Shown here piece after piece: positions 17,371 through 27,949 of a stretch of 64,000 nucleotides of DNA. Under the pieces are notes generated by a model. That model had not been told where the DNA came from and made no database searches. It was given only the letters and a program-made list of their open reading frames with translations. The position numbers were made by a program, and so were the translations under genes. The DNA comes from Clostridia bacterium (GTDB taxonomy: Bacteria > Bacillota > Clostridia > Saccharofermentanales > Saccharofermentanaceae). The stretch spans positions 9,960 through 73,959 of the forward strand of contig JAILPW010000047.1 in NCBI GenBank assembly GCA_024699245.1, written 5' to 3'. Position 1 is the stretch's first letter, and the number at the start of each line of letters is the position of its first letter.

Positions 17371-19515
17371 ATGTTATATATGCTGTTAACGAGCAAGAAT
17401 TGGGATTGCGCGCTGACCTTGGGTGAGGTCGACGCGGATCAGATTGTGGAGCGTTTGCTTGAATCCCGAGGAATTGACACGGAAGGCAAGAAGGAGGATT
17501 TTCTAAGCGAGAATCCTTCTGAATGGCACGACCCGTTTCTATTCGCGGATATGCAAAAGGCTGTTGATATTATCGTTGAATCCATGGATAAAGGTGAGAA
17601 GATCCTTGTCTATGGAGATTATGATGCGGACGGTGTTACGGCTACTTCCATCCTTGTAAGATATTTCAGAAGTCATAATTGCGATGTGGATTACATCGTG
17701 CCGCAGAGAGCTGCGCACGGTTATGGCCTTACGGATTACATCCTTGAGGACGTCTTAAGAAAGGCTCCGGGGCTTCTTATTACGGTCGACTGCGGTATCT
17801 CTAACTTTGATACCATCGAGAAGATAAAGGAACACGGAATAAAGGTCATCGTAACCGATCACCACATGGTCCAGGATAAACTTCCTTGCGCGGATGCAGT
17901 TATCTGTGCCAAGAGACAGGACAACACATATCCTTGTGCCGATCTATGCGGCGCAGGAGTTGCAATGAAGGTTGTCGAGGCTCTCGGCAGAGATAAGAGA
18001 CACAAGGTGTTCCCGAGCGTATGGCGTCAGGTCATCGAGCTTTCCGGTATCGCTACCATCGCAGATCTCGTTCCGATAGTCGGCGAGAACAGAACTTTGG
18101 TCAAGAAGGCGTTCCAGAGCATGGAAGAACCGACAAATATCGGAATCCGCGTAATGAACGAGATGCTCCTGGATTCAGGAAAGAAACCGGATGAGTCCTA
18201 TATCTCGTTTGTTTTCGTTCCGAGGATCAATGCGGCAGGAAGACTTTATGATTCTTCCGATGCACTTAACCTGTTCCTGAATGACGACAGAAGTAAGGTC
18301 AAGGCGGCTGCCATGGCTCTTACGAAGCAGAATGATGAGAGAAAAGAGATCGAAGCCAAGGTTTTCGAAGAGGCAAAGGCTCAGATCGAGAACAGTAACA
18401 GGCCTGAGGAATGGCTCCTTACAAATACAAAGGGACCTATCGTTGCCTATGGCAAGGATTGGCATCAGGGTGTTCTCGGGATCGTCGCAGGTAAACTGTC
18501 GCAGCATTTCAGAAGAAGTGCGATCGTGTTTACGGATGACGGCCTTGATACTGAGAACGTTAAGGGTTCTTCAAGAGCATACGGCGAATTCGACATATAT
18601 CATGCGATAGAGAGTGCTTCGGAGTACTGCGTAAACTTCGGAGGACATAAGAAGGCCGCAGGTCTCGTCCTTAAAAAGAAGGATATCGGCAAGTTCATGA
18701 GAGCGCTCGAGGAATATGCCAGAAATCAGACTGAGGAAGAGGAGCAAAGGGACAGCCTTAAGATCGATGCCGAGATCCCTGCATCATGCATTACCATGAA
18801 GATCCATGATGCTCTCCGTAAGCTGTCTCCGTTCGGTCTCGGAAACGGCAAGCCGATGTTTGTCACAAGGAACCTGTTCCTTGCCAATATCCAGTTTATG
18901 AGCGACGGAGCACACATAAGGCTCGATCTTTACGATACTGAAAATGATCCTGATATGAAGAGGGTCATCTCAGCCGTCGGATTTGGTATGGGCAATTATT
19001 CTTCTATCCTTAAGGTCGGCGACAGGCTGGATATCGCTTACACGATGAATGTGTTTAACCTGTGGGGTAATGATACTTTGAGCCTTCATCTTGCTGACCT
19101 AAGACCTAAGATGCCTGATAACATTATGTGGGACAGGCCTGAGATACTTGAAAAACTTTATGAGAGCGGACTTGCACCTAATATGATAGCTAAGCTTCAG
19201 AAGGGTACGGATCCGACTTCGTTGATACCTACATCCGAACACTATGCAGATACATATAAGACTATCAGGGATATGTTCGGAAACGGTATATCGATCATAG
19301 ATTCCATATACCTCGCTAGAATGATAAGCATCAAGACCGGAAACGAGATCACACCTTTCCAGGTCCTCCGTTGCCTTGACGTTTTCTCGGAGGCAGGACT
19401 TATCAAGCTCGGAAGATTCTCGTATGACCGTGTTTGCTTAAGTCTGTCGGAAGTTAAGGGAAAAGCAAATCTTCAAGATACAGTCACTTATAAGAGGTTG
19501 AATAGTAATGTCTGA
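17371..19515 (+). CDS. recJ: ssDNA-specific exonuclease RecJ with C-terminal extension
   Basis: YGDYDADG, ITVDCG, TDHH, TIADLVP, PRINAAGR, FGGHKKAAG. Confidence 0.96.
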   Translation: MLYMLLTSKNWDCALTLGEVDADQIVERLLESRGIDTEGKKEDFLSENPSEWHDPFLFADMQKAVDIIVESMDKGEKILVYGDYDADGVTATSILVRYFRSHNCDVDYIVPQRAAHGYGLTDYILEDVLRKAPGLLITVDCGISNFDTIEKIKEHGIKVIVTDHHMVQDKLPCADAVICAKRQDNTYPCADLCGAGVAMKVVEALGRDKRHKVFPSVWRQVIELSGIATIADLVPIVGENRTLVKKAFQSMEEPTNIGIRVMNEMLLDSGKKPDESYISFVFVPRINAAGRLYDSSDALNLFLNDDRSKVKAAAMALTKQNDERKEIEAKVFEEAKAQIENSNRPEEWLLTNTKGPIVAYGKDWHQGVLGIVAGKLSQHFRRSAIVFTDDGLDTENVKGSSRAYGEFDIYHAIESASEYCVNFGGHKKAAGLVLKKKDIGKFMRALEEYARNQTEEEEQRDSLKIDAEIPASCITMKIHDALRKLSPFGLGNGKPMFVTRNLFLANIQFMSDGAHIRLDLYDTENDPDMKRVISAVGFGMGNYSSILKVGDRLDIAYTMNVFNLWGNDTLSLHLADLRPKMPDNIMWDRPEILEKLYESGLAPNMIAKLQKGTDPTSLIPTSEHYADTYKTIRDMFGNGISIIDSIYLARMISIKTGNEITPFQVLRCLDVFSEAGLIKLGRFSYDRVCLSLSEVKGKANLQDTVTYKRLNSNV

Positions 19516-21982
19516 TAACGAAAAGAAAGAACTCACTCCTGAAGAGCTTGAGATAGAGATACAAAAAGAACTGATGTACCTCAGGGATACGGATGACGTA
19601 CCTGAGATACCGGAAAATATTGCCGAGCGATTCAGCGACCTTATCAAGTCGTATGAGAAGTATGCTGGTAAGCTTCACGAGAGTGCGGAAGTTTTCGAGA
19701 ATGATATGCATATGATACGTGAGGCTTATATCTTTGCTTACAAGGCACACAGGAATCAGAAGCGTAAGTCAGGCGAGCTATACATCATCCATCCTATAGC
19801 TGTTGCACAGATCCTCGTAGATCTTGAAGTTGATGCGGAGACCATTGAGGCTGCGCTCCTTCACGACACCGTTGAGGATACTGTCGTGGATATCCATCTC
19901 ATAACAGAGATATTCGGTGAGAATGTTGCGCTTCTTGTAGACGGCGTTACGAAACTTGGTAAGATCCCGTACGTTTCCAAGGAAGATATCCAGGCAGAAA
20001 ACGTACGTAAGATGTTTGTAGCGATGGCCAAGGACATTCGAGTAGTCCTTATCAAACTTGCCGACAGACTTCATAATATGCGTACGATGAAGCACCAGTC
20101 TCCTGAAAAGCAGATAGAGATCTCCAGAGAGACACTTGATATCTATGCTCCTTTGGCACACCGTCTCGGTATCTATAAGATCAAATGGGAACTAGAGGAC
20201 CTTTGTCTTCGTTATCTTGATAAGGATGCTTACTACGAACTCGTCGGCATGATCTCTTCAAAAAGATCCGAGCGTGAGCAGTTCATGGCTGACGTTGTTA
20301 ATGAGATCAGTGCCAAGGTAAAAGAATACGGCATCAAGCACGTTGAGATAGAGGGAAGACCTAAGCACTTCTACAGTATCTACAACAAGATGAAAGAGCA
20401 GAACAAGACCTTGGAGCAGATCTATGACCTGTTCGCGTGCCGTATCATCGTAGAGACACTTACGGACTGCTACACTGTCCTTGGTATCGTTCATGAGATG
20501 TATCAGCATATTCCGGGACGATTCAAGGATTATATCGCTATGCCTAAACCTAATATGTACCAGAGTATCCATACGACTGTTCTGGGTAAGGGCGGAGTTC
20601 CGTTCGAGATTCAGATCAGAACATTCGCGATGCACAGGACTGCCGAGTACGGTATCGCTGCGCACTGGCATTATAAGGAAGCAGGTAATTCGGAAGTATC
20701 GAAGTTTGACCAGCTCGACAGCAAGATGAACTGGATCAGACAGATCCTGGACAGCCAGAAAGAGACCAAGGATCCTACGGATTTCATGGATGTTCTGAAG
20801 AGCAACCTTACTCCGGATACTGTTTATGTGTTCACGCCTAAGGGCGACGTCATAAACCTTCCTAAGGGTTCATGTCCTATCGATTTTGCATATAACATCC
20901 ATAGCGGTATCGGTAACCACATGCACGGTGCCAAGGTCAACGGAAGGATCGTGCCTCTTTCTTACGAACTTAAGAACGGTGATATTGTCGAAGTCCTCTC
21001 ATCCGATAAGATCCACGGACCTTCAAGAGACTGGGCGAAGATGGTTAAGACGGCGTCCGCCAGAAGTAAGATCAATTCATGGTTCAAGAAAGAATCCCGT
21101 GCCGAGAACATTGCTGACGGTCGTGAACTTCTCGAGCGTGAGATGCAGAGAAACGGCTTCTCGCCGCAACAGCTCCTTCTTCATAAATCGTTGGAGGGCA
21201 TCTTCCGTAAATACAGTTATTCCAATCTGGAAGATATCTATGCCGCTATCGGTTACGGCGTACTGACTCCGGGAAAGGTATTCTCGAAGCTTCGTGATGA
21301 GTACATTAAGTCTCTTCCTGAAGAAGAAAGAACTGCCATGGGCTACAGGATCAACTCAGCCGGTCAGGTCCTTTATACTCCGTCAGAACTTGTCGAGGAC
21401 ATAGGTAAGAATTCTCTTGTCGGTCTTCCGAAAAACCTCACGCAGCAGTCAACGACAGCCAACTACAAGCCGCTCGTTAAGAGAGTGCAGGAGAAAAAGA
21501 CAAAGACCAGCACGGGAGTTATCGTAGAAGGACTCGAGAACTGTCATGTGCATCTTTCGAACTGCTGCCATCCTGTTCCGGGTGACGAGATCATCGGATA
21601 CGTTACTCAGACAGGCGGTGTCGGTATCCACAGGACCAATTGTGCCAACATAATCAACCTTCATAAGTATGCTTCACGTTCTCCTAAGGATAAGGAGCGT
21701 GAGAACAGGCTTATCAAGGTTCATTGGGATAACTACAGCCCGACTGATATCTATGAGGTCGAGATGAAGATCGTCGTAAGTGACAGACGTTATATCCTTA
21801 ACGAGATCACCAGCGCGATCAGTGAGGAGCATGTCTTCATAAGCTCCATCTCGAGCCAGTCCAAGCCTGATTTTACTGCTGTCATCAATCTCGTTGTCGA
21901 GGTAAGAGGACAGACTCAGTTCGACAGGCTTATCGGAAGGATCAAGAGTATCAAGGATGTTATTAGTGCAGGTAGAGCATAA
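19508..21982 (+). CDS. relA: Bifunctional (p)ppGpp synthetase/hydrolase (long RSH, Rel)
   Basis: HP...LLHDTVEDT hydrolase; RPKH, DLFACR, RFKDY, YQSIHT, EIQIRT synthetase; TGS, CCHPVPGD, ACT. Confidence 0.97.
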   Translation: MSDNEKKELTPEELEIEIQKELMYLRDTDDVPEIPENIAERFSDLIKSYEKYAGKLHESAEVFENDMHMIREAYIFAYKAHRNQKRKSGELYIIHPIAVAQILVDLEVDAETIEAALLHDTVEDTVVDIHLITEIFGENVALLVDGVTKLGKIPYVSKEDIQAENVRKMFVAMAKDIRVVLIKLADRLHNMRTMKHQSPEKQIEISRETLDIYAPLAHRLGIYKIKWELEDLCLRYLDKDAYYELVGMISSKRSEREQFMADVVNEISAKVKEYGIKHVEIEGRPKHFYSIYNKMKEQNKTLEQIYDLFACRIIVETLTDCYTVLGIVHEMYQHIPGRFKDYIAMPKPNMYQSIHTTVLGKGGVPFEIQIRTFAMHRTAEYGIAAHWHYKEAGNSEVSKFDQLDSKMNWIRQILDSQKETKDPTDFMDVLKSNLTPDTVYVFTPKGDVINLPKGSCPIDFAYNIHSGIGNHMHGAKVNGRIVPLSYELKNGDIVEVLSSDKIHGPSRDWAKMVKTASARSKINSWFKKESRAENIADGRELLEREMQRNGFSPQQLLLHKSLEGIFRKYSYSNLEDIYAAIGYGVLTPGKVFSKLRDEYIKSLPEEERTAMGYRINSAGQVLYTPSELVEDIGKNSLVGLPKNLTQQSTTANYKPLVKRVQEKKTKTSTGVIVEGLENCHVHLSNCCHPVPGDEIIGYVTQTGGVGIHRTNCANIINLHKYASRSPKDKERENRLIKVHWDNYSPTDIYEVEMKIVVSDRRYILNEITSAISEEHVFISSISSQSKPDFTAVINLVVEVRGQTQFDRLIGRIKSIKDVISAGRA

Positions 21983-22063
21983 AATGTGATTGATTTTTGA
22001 TATAAACGGGCACTCTTCCTATATATAATATAGGGGTGTTTCGTTTTCGGGGGTTTAGAGAGA

Positions 22064-23830
22064 ATGATAAGAACACTGGCAAAGCATATAAAGCAGTTCA
22101 AGGGAGCTTCCATCGTCACTCCTTTGTTCATGATATTGGAAGTATTCTGTGAGATGGCGATCCCTTATCTCATGGCTTCCATAGTAGATGACGGTATCAA
22201 CAAGGGTAACCTTAATCATATCTACAACATAGCAGGCGGAATGGTAGTAGTTGCGCTTGTATCTCTCTTCGCAGGTGCCATGGGCGGTAAGTTCGGCGCT
22301 CGTGCTTCCGCAGGTTTTGCACATAACTTAAGAGAAGCAATGTTCTACAGGATCCAGAAGTTCTCCTTTAAAGAGATCGACAAGTATTCCACGGCTGGTC
22401 TCGTTACACGTCTTACAACTGACGTAACGAACATCCAGAACGCTTACCAGATGATCCTCCGTATGCTCGTAAGATCTCCTATGAGCCTTATCGCTGCAAT
22501 GGTCATGGCATTCTTCCTTAACGCAAAGATCGCTCTTATCTATCTTGCAGCAGTTTTCGTTTTGGCTATTATCCTTGTAACCATCATGCTCCTTGCAATG
22601 AAACACTTTAGAGTCCTTTTCGAAAAATACGACAAGATGAACGAGTCTGTTCAGGAAAACGTAGCTTCCATCAGAGTTGTTAAGTCCTTCGTAAGAGAAG
22701 AGTACGAAAAGAAAAAGTTCAACACTGCATCAAACAACATCTATAAGCTTGCTGTTGCAGCCGAGAAAGTATTGTCATTCAACAACCCTGCAATGGTCCT
22801 TACGACCAATGCTTGTATCCTTTTGATCTCCTGGTTCGGTGCTCACCTCGTTGTTTCAAACGAACTTACCACAGGTGATCTTTTGGCACTCTTGAGCTAC
22901 TGTATGAATATCCTCATAAGCTTGATGCTCCTCAGTATGGTATTCGTTATGATCACCATGAGTTCTGCATCCGCTAAGCGTGTCGCTGAAGTTCTCGAGC
23001 AGGAGAGCTCCATCGTTAACCCTGAGAATCCTCTCATGGAAGTTAAGGACGGTTCCATCACATTCAAGAACGTAAGCTTCAAGTATTATGATGACGCAGA
23101 TACATACGTGCTTAACGGAGTAGACTTAAGCATCAAGTCAGGTGAGACCATCGGTATCGTCGGAGGAACCGGCGTAGGTAAGAGTACATTCGTTAACCTC
23201 ATAAGCAGATTCTATGACGTAAACACCGGTGAAGTTATTGTCGGCGGTGCAAACGTTAAGGATTACGATCTTGAAGTTCTCAGAAACAACGTATCCATGG
23301 TTCTTCAGAAGAACGAGCTTTTCACGGGAACCATTTTCGAGAACCTTCGTTGGGGTGATGAAAACGCAACAGATGAAGAATGCATCAACGCATGTAAGAT
23401 CGCTCAGGCAGATGAATTTATAAATAATTTCCCTGAAGGTTATAACACTAAGATCGAGCAGGGCGGTACCAACGTATCCGGCGGACAGAAGCAGAGACTT
23501 TGTATTGCCAGAGCTCTTCTCAAGAAGCCTAAGATACTTATCCTCGACGACTCTACATCAGCGGTCGATACGAGTACGGACAGAAAGATCAGGGAAGGTC
23601 TTAAGAATGACAGACCTGATATGACTAAGATCATAATCGCTCAGAGGATCTCATCTGTTAAGGAAGCCGACAGGATCATCGTCATAGAAGATGATAAGGT
23701 TACGGCATTTGCTACACATGATGAGCTTCTCAAGATCAATGAGACATACGCTTCCTTGTATGAGGCACAAACGAGCGGAGGCGGCGACTTCGACGAAGCC
23801 AAGCTCAACAGCAAGGGAGGTGAGGAATAA
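22064..23830 (+). CDS. ABC exporter subunit (TMD-NBD; degenerate Walker B)
   Basis: GGTGVGKS, SGGQKQR, LDDSTSAVD. Confidence 0.95.
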   Translation: MIRTLAKHIKQFKGASIVTPLFMILEVFCEMAIPYLMASIVDDGINKGNLNHIYNIAGGMVVVALVSLFAGAMGGKFGARASAGFAHNLREAMFYRIQKFSFKEIDKYSTAGLVTRLTTDVTNIQNAYQMILRMLVRSPMSLIAAMVMAFFLNAKIALIYLAAVFVLAIILVTIMLLAMKHFRVLFEKYDKMNESVQENVASIRVVKSFVREEYEKKKFNTASNNIYKLAVAAEKVLSFNNPAMVLTTNACILLISWFGAHLVVSNELTTGDLLALLSYCMNILISLMLLSMVFVMITMSSASAKRVAEVLEQESSIVNPENPLMEVKDGSITFKNVSFKYYDDADTYVLNGVDLSIKSGETIGIVGGTGVGKSTFVNLISRFYDVNTGEVIVGGANVKDYDLEVLRNNVSMVLQKNELFTGTIFENLRWGDENATDEECINACKIAQADEFINNFPEGYNTKIEQGGTNVSGGQKQRLCIARALLKKPKILILDDSTSAVDTSTDRKIREGLKNDRPDMTKIIIAQRISSVKEADRIIVIEDDKVTAFATHDELLKINETYASLYEAQTSGGGDFDEAKLNSKGGEE

Positions 23831-25746
23831 TGGCACAGCCTAAGCAGGTTAAGATGGGACAAAGAGGAAGAGGTCCTATGCCTAAGATCGAGCATCCGTT
23901 CAGGATCCTCAAGAGGATATTCGGATATACATTCAGATGGTACTGGATCCACTGGATATTTGTTGTTATCTGCGTATTTGCCAGCACATTCTCAAGTGTT
24001 CAGGGAACTATGTTCATGAAGACTTTGATCGATGATTATATTATTCCTCTCACGGAACAGTCATCACCTGATTACTTGCCGCTTCTTTACGCGATATTAA
24101 GAGTTGCGGGATTCTACCTCATAGGTGTTGTTGCGGCATTTGCTCAGGCAAGACTTTTGATGTACATCACACAGGGTACTTTACGTAACTTGAGAGACGA
24201 GCTTTTCAATAAGATGGAAAGTCTTCCTGTCAGATATTTTGATACTCACGCACACGGCGACATCATGTCCGTTTATACGAATGATATCGATACGTTAAGA
24301 CAGATGATCTCTCAGAGCCTTCCGATGCTCTTATCGAGTGTGGTTACGGTCGTAAGCGTGCTCGTGAGCATGATCGTACTCAACTGGCTTTTGACTTTGA
24401 TCACCATCTCGATGGTATTCGTAATGCTCTTCTGTACAGCCAAGTTAAGTGCTGCTTCAGGTAAGAACTTTGCGATCCAGCAAAGAAGCCTCGGTTCCGT
24501 TAACGGATATATCGAGGAGATAATGACAGGTCAAAAAGTCGTTAAGTCTTTCTGCTATGAAGACAAGGCGATGGAAGAGTTCATCAAGCGTAATGACGAG
24601 CTTTACGTAAGCGCTGATAAAGCAAATACATTTGCCAACATCCTCATGCCTATCAATGCACAGCTCGGTAACTTAAGTTATGTTCTGTGTGCTATCGTCG
24701 GAGGTGCATTCGCTATCAAGGGAATCGGAAGTTTCACACTTGGTGCACTTGCGAGCTTCCTTACATTTAACAAGCAGTTTGCTCATCCTATCAACCAGAT
24801 TTCCATGCAGCTTAACGCTATCATGGTTGGTCTTGCAGGCGGTCAGAGGATCTTTGATCTTTTGGATCAGGTTCCTGAGACTGACGAAGGTTATGTTACC
24901 CTGGTCAATGCCAAGATGGTCGACGGTAAGCTTACTGAGTGTGAAGAAAGAACGGGAATGTGGGCATGGAAGCACTTCCACAAGGCGGACGGAACTACAA
25001 CATATGTTGAACTTAAAGGTGATGTTGAGTTCCATGACGTTGACTTTGCATATGAAGAAGGACATCCGGTTCTTCACGATATCGATCTTTATGCTACACC
25101 TGGTCAGAAGATCGCATTTGTAGGTTCCACGGGTGCAGGTAAGACGACCATCACAAATCTCATCAACCGTTTCTATGACATAGCTGACGGTAAGATCAGA
25201 TACGACGGAATCAATATCAATAAGATCAAGAAAGACGATCTGCGTCATTCTCTCGGCATCGTTTTGCAGGATACACACCTGTTCAGTATGTCTGTTAAGG
25301 AGAACATCAGATACGGTAAGCTTGATGCGACAGACGAGGAAGTTTATGCAGCAGCTAAACTTGCTAATGCTGATACGTTCATTAAGCACCTGCCGCAGGG
25401 CTATGATACGATCCTTGAAGGTGACGGTGCGAATCTTTCTCAGGGACAAAGACAACTCCTTGCTATCGCTCGTGCAGCTATCGCAGATCCGCCGGTCCTT
25501 ATCCTTGATGAGGCTACAAGTTCAATCGATACTCATACCGAGTCTTTGGTACAAAAGGGTATGGATAAGCTCATGAAGGGCAGAACGACATTTGTCATTG
25601 CTCACAGATTGAGTACAGTCAAGAATTCCGACTGTATCATCGTTCTTGAAAAGGGACGTATAATCGAGAGAGGAAATCACGACCAGCTTATCGAGAAGAA
25701 GGGCAGATATTATCATCTCTATACGGGTAATACAGCTCAGAGCTGA
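23830..25746 (+). CDS. ABC exporter partner subunit (TMD-NBD), heterodimer with the preceding gene
   Basis: GSTGAGKT, SQGQRQ, LDEATSSID, IAHRLST. Confidence 0.95.
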   Translation: MAQPKQVKMGQRGRGPMPKIEHPFRILKRIFGYTFRWYWIHWIFVVICVFASTFSSVQGTMFMKTLIDDYIIPLTEQSSPDYLPLLYAILRVAGFYLIGVVAAFAQARLLMYITQGTLRNLRDELFNKMESLPVRYFDTHAHGDIMSVYTNDIDTLRQMISQSLPMLLSSVVTVVSVLVSMIVLNWLLTLITISMVFVMLFCTAKLSAASGKNFAIQQRSLGSVNGYIEEIMTGQKVVKSFCYEDKAMEEFIKRNDELYVSADKANTFANILMPINAQLGNLSYVLCAIVGGAFAIKGIGSFTLGALASFLTFNKQFAHPINQISMQLNAIMVGLAGGQRIFDLLDQVPETDEGYVTLVNAKMVDGKLTECEERTGMWAWKHFHKADGTTTYVELKGDVEFHDVDFAYEEGHPVLHDIDLYATPGQKIAFVGSTGAGKTTITNLINRFYDIADGKIRYDGININKIKKDDLRHSLGIVLQDTHLFSMSVKENIRYGKLDATDEEVYAAAKLANADTFIKHLPQGYDTILEGDGANLSQGQRQLLAIARAAIADPPVLILDEATSSIDTHTESLVQKGMDKLMKGRTTFVIAHRLSTVKNSDCIIVLEKGRIIERGNHDQLIEKKGRYYHLYTGNTAQS

Positions 25747-25763
25747 TCAGAAATACGGAGGAA

Positions 25764-26690
25764 ATGTTTATGTATGACATTATCATAGTAGGCGCAGGAA
25801 CAGCAGGCCTTACAGCAGCTATATACGGAAGACGTGCAGGTAAGTCCGTTATCGTATATGAATCAGAGACATACGGCGGACAGATCATCAATACTCCGGA
25901 GATCGAGAATTATCCGGGTATCAAGAATGTATCCGGCTATAAGTTTGCTACTGATCTTTACGAGCAGGTGATCGCACTCGGAACTGATTTCGAGTACGAC
26001 AAGATCGTTAAGATCGAAGGAAGTTACGAAGAGGGATTTACCCTTACAACTGAATTCGGTAAGACCTGTGAAGGTAAGACGATTATACTTGCATGCGGAG
26101 CAAAGAACCGTCATCTGGGTCTTCCTATGGAAGAGAAACTTCTCGGAAGAGGAATCTCCTATTGTGCAACATGCGACGGTGCATTCTTCAAGGGTAAGAA
26201 CGTAGCCGTAAACGGTGGCGGAAATACAGCTTTGGAAGATGCCATTTATCTTGCGGGACTTTGCAACAAAGTATATCTGATCCACAGAAGAGATGCTTTC
26301 AGAGGTGAGAGCGCTCTCGTTGATATAGTAAGACAGACAGCTAATATCGAACTCGTTCTTAACAGCACCGTAAGCGAGCTTAAGGGTGAGAAGAAGCTTG
26401 AAGCAGTTACGGTAAAAGATACTGTTACTTCAGGTGAAAGAGATATCAGCGTGGATGCACTGTTCGTTGCAATCGGACAGGTACCGTCCAACGAGCCGTT
26501 CGCAGGTCTTGTTGAACTTGATCAGAACGGATATATCGTTGCAGGTGAAGATTGTAAGACAAATGTTAAGGGTATCTTTGCAGCAGGTGACGGAAGGACT
26601 AAGACTTTGCGTCAGCTCACAACTGCAGCTTCAGACGGAGCGGTAGCAGCTGTTGCCTGTTGTGATCTTATTCTTCATGAGAATCAGTGA
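25764..26690 (+). CDS. trxB: Thioredoxin-disulfide reductase
   Basis: GAGTAG, YCATCDG (CxxC), GGGNTA, FAAGD. Confidence 0.93.
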   Translation: MFMYDIIIVGAGTAGLTAAIYGRRAGKSVIVYESETYGGQIINTPEIENYPGIKNVSGYKFATDLYEQVIALGTDFEYDKIVKIEGSYEEGFTLTTEFGKTCEGKTIILACGAKNRHLGLPMEEKLLGRGISYCATCDGAFFKGKNVAVNGGGNTALEDAIYLAGLCNKVYLIHRRDAFRGESALVDIVRQTANIELVLNSTVSELKGEKKLEAVTVKDTVTSGERDISVDALFVAIGQVPSNEPFAGLVELDQNGYIVAGEDCKTNVKGIFAAGDGRTKTLRQLTTAASDGAVAAVACCDLILHENQ

Positions 26691-27945
26691 TCTTCTCAGG
26701 TTTTTTCATGAACTTACCTAATACTCGCGACAAGAACGCGAGTATTTTTTTGTCCAATTCGAAGACCTTCATGATCTGGATAACGATGATCATGACAGTA
26801 GGGCCGAGAAGGAATCCGATAGCACCCCATACATATACGCCGATTACCATGGCGATGAGCATGAGAAGAGGATGAAGCTTCATGGATTTACCGAGGATCA
26901 AAGGCTCGATTATACGTCTTATGACGGTCATTACTGCCATTCCGATAAGAACGATCACAGCACCCTTGATATTGCCCTGGAATGCCAGATAGATGATTAC
27001 CGGCCACATTGTGACGGCTATGCCGAGAACAGGCAGGAAATCAATTACGCCTGTGATGAGGGCTATGATAAGAGCATATTTGACATCAGCCAATACGAAG
27101 ATCAGATATGCCTCAACTGCGGTGATCAAAAGGAGCGAGAAGTATCCGCCAAGAACTCTGAACAATGTAACCGACAGATCATTTATAAGAGAGAAAGACT
27201 TCTTACGGAATGATTTATTAGGGACGTTATTAAGGTAGAACTTGGTAACTTCAGGTCCGTCACTTATGAAATAGTATCCGCTTAAGATAACACAGATGAT
27301 CGAGAAAAGAACTGCAGGAAGACTTCCTACAAAATTCCAAAGGGCTGATACAAGCTTGGACAATAGCGAAGGAACAGCCTTGATAAGGTTGTTGGCCCAT
27401 GCATCAAGATTGCTCTTGATAAGATCAACGATGTCCTGGCTTAAGAATCCGCCTTGTTCAGTTGAGAGCTTATTAAGATTTGCTGCTCTCTTGATCGATT
27501 CAAAATCGAAGCCTTCAGACAATCTGGAAAGAGCCATAACAGCATTAGTAGCCTGTGAAAGGATTCCGAGAATGCAAAGTGCACAAAGAAGGAATACCAG
27601 GATAAGAAGGATTACATAGACGACTATTGATACTTTAGTCTGGATGGACTTGGACTTCTTCTCTCCGTTTGGATGAAGGAGCTTATAACCGATAGTCTTC
27701 TGCTTTTCAGGATCGGTCTTCTTTGGCGTTTTGATATGCTTGTTCTTACCGAAGAGCTTGCTGATCGGCTTAGCGATCGCGTAACTTGTCTTGGCAAGGA
27801 TAAATCCGATAAGGAAAGGAACCAATACGATGGCAAGTTTTGCAAAGAAGTAGATAACTACACAAGCGATGGCAATGATCAATATGTATTTGATCATGCT
27901 TATGACTGAAGCTTTATCTCTCTCGTATCTTTCTTTGCTATCCAT
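26668..27945 (-). CDS. AI-2E family transporter (YtvI-like)
   Basis: DFLPVLG, IEPLILGKSMKLHPLL, WGAIGFLLGP. Confidence 0.9.
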   Translation of the reverse strand: MDSKERYERDKASVISMIKYILIIAIACVVIYFFAKLAIVLVPFLIGFILAKTSYAIAKPISKLFGKNKHIKTPKKTDPEKQKTIGYKLLHPNGEKKSKSIQTKVSIVVYVILLILVFLLCALCILGILSQATNAVMALSRLSEGFDFESIKRAANLNKLSTEQGGFLSQDIVDLIKSNLDAWANNLIKAVPSLLSKLVSALWNFVGSLPAVLFSIICVILSGYYFISDGPEVTKFYLNNVPNKSFRKKSFSLINDLSVTLFRVLGGYFSLLLITAVEAYLIFVLADVKYALIIALITGVIDFLPVLGIAVTMWPVIIYLAFQGNIKGAVIVLIGMAVMTVIRRIIEPLILGKSMKLHPLLMLIAMVIGVYVWGAIGFLLGPTVMIIVIQIMKVFELDKKILAFLSRVLGKFMKKPEKITDSHEE

Positions 27946-27949
27946 TGTC

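Noticed and set aside
24673-25455. Long antisense ORFs over the ABC exporter, ligA (34841-35668, 35729-36331), glgP and rnr
   Set aside because: Antisense mirror frames expected from the codon bias of the real genes; no independent signals
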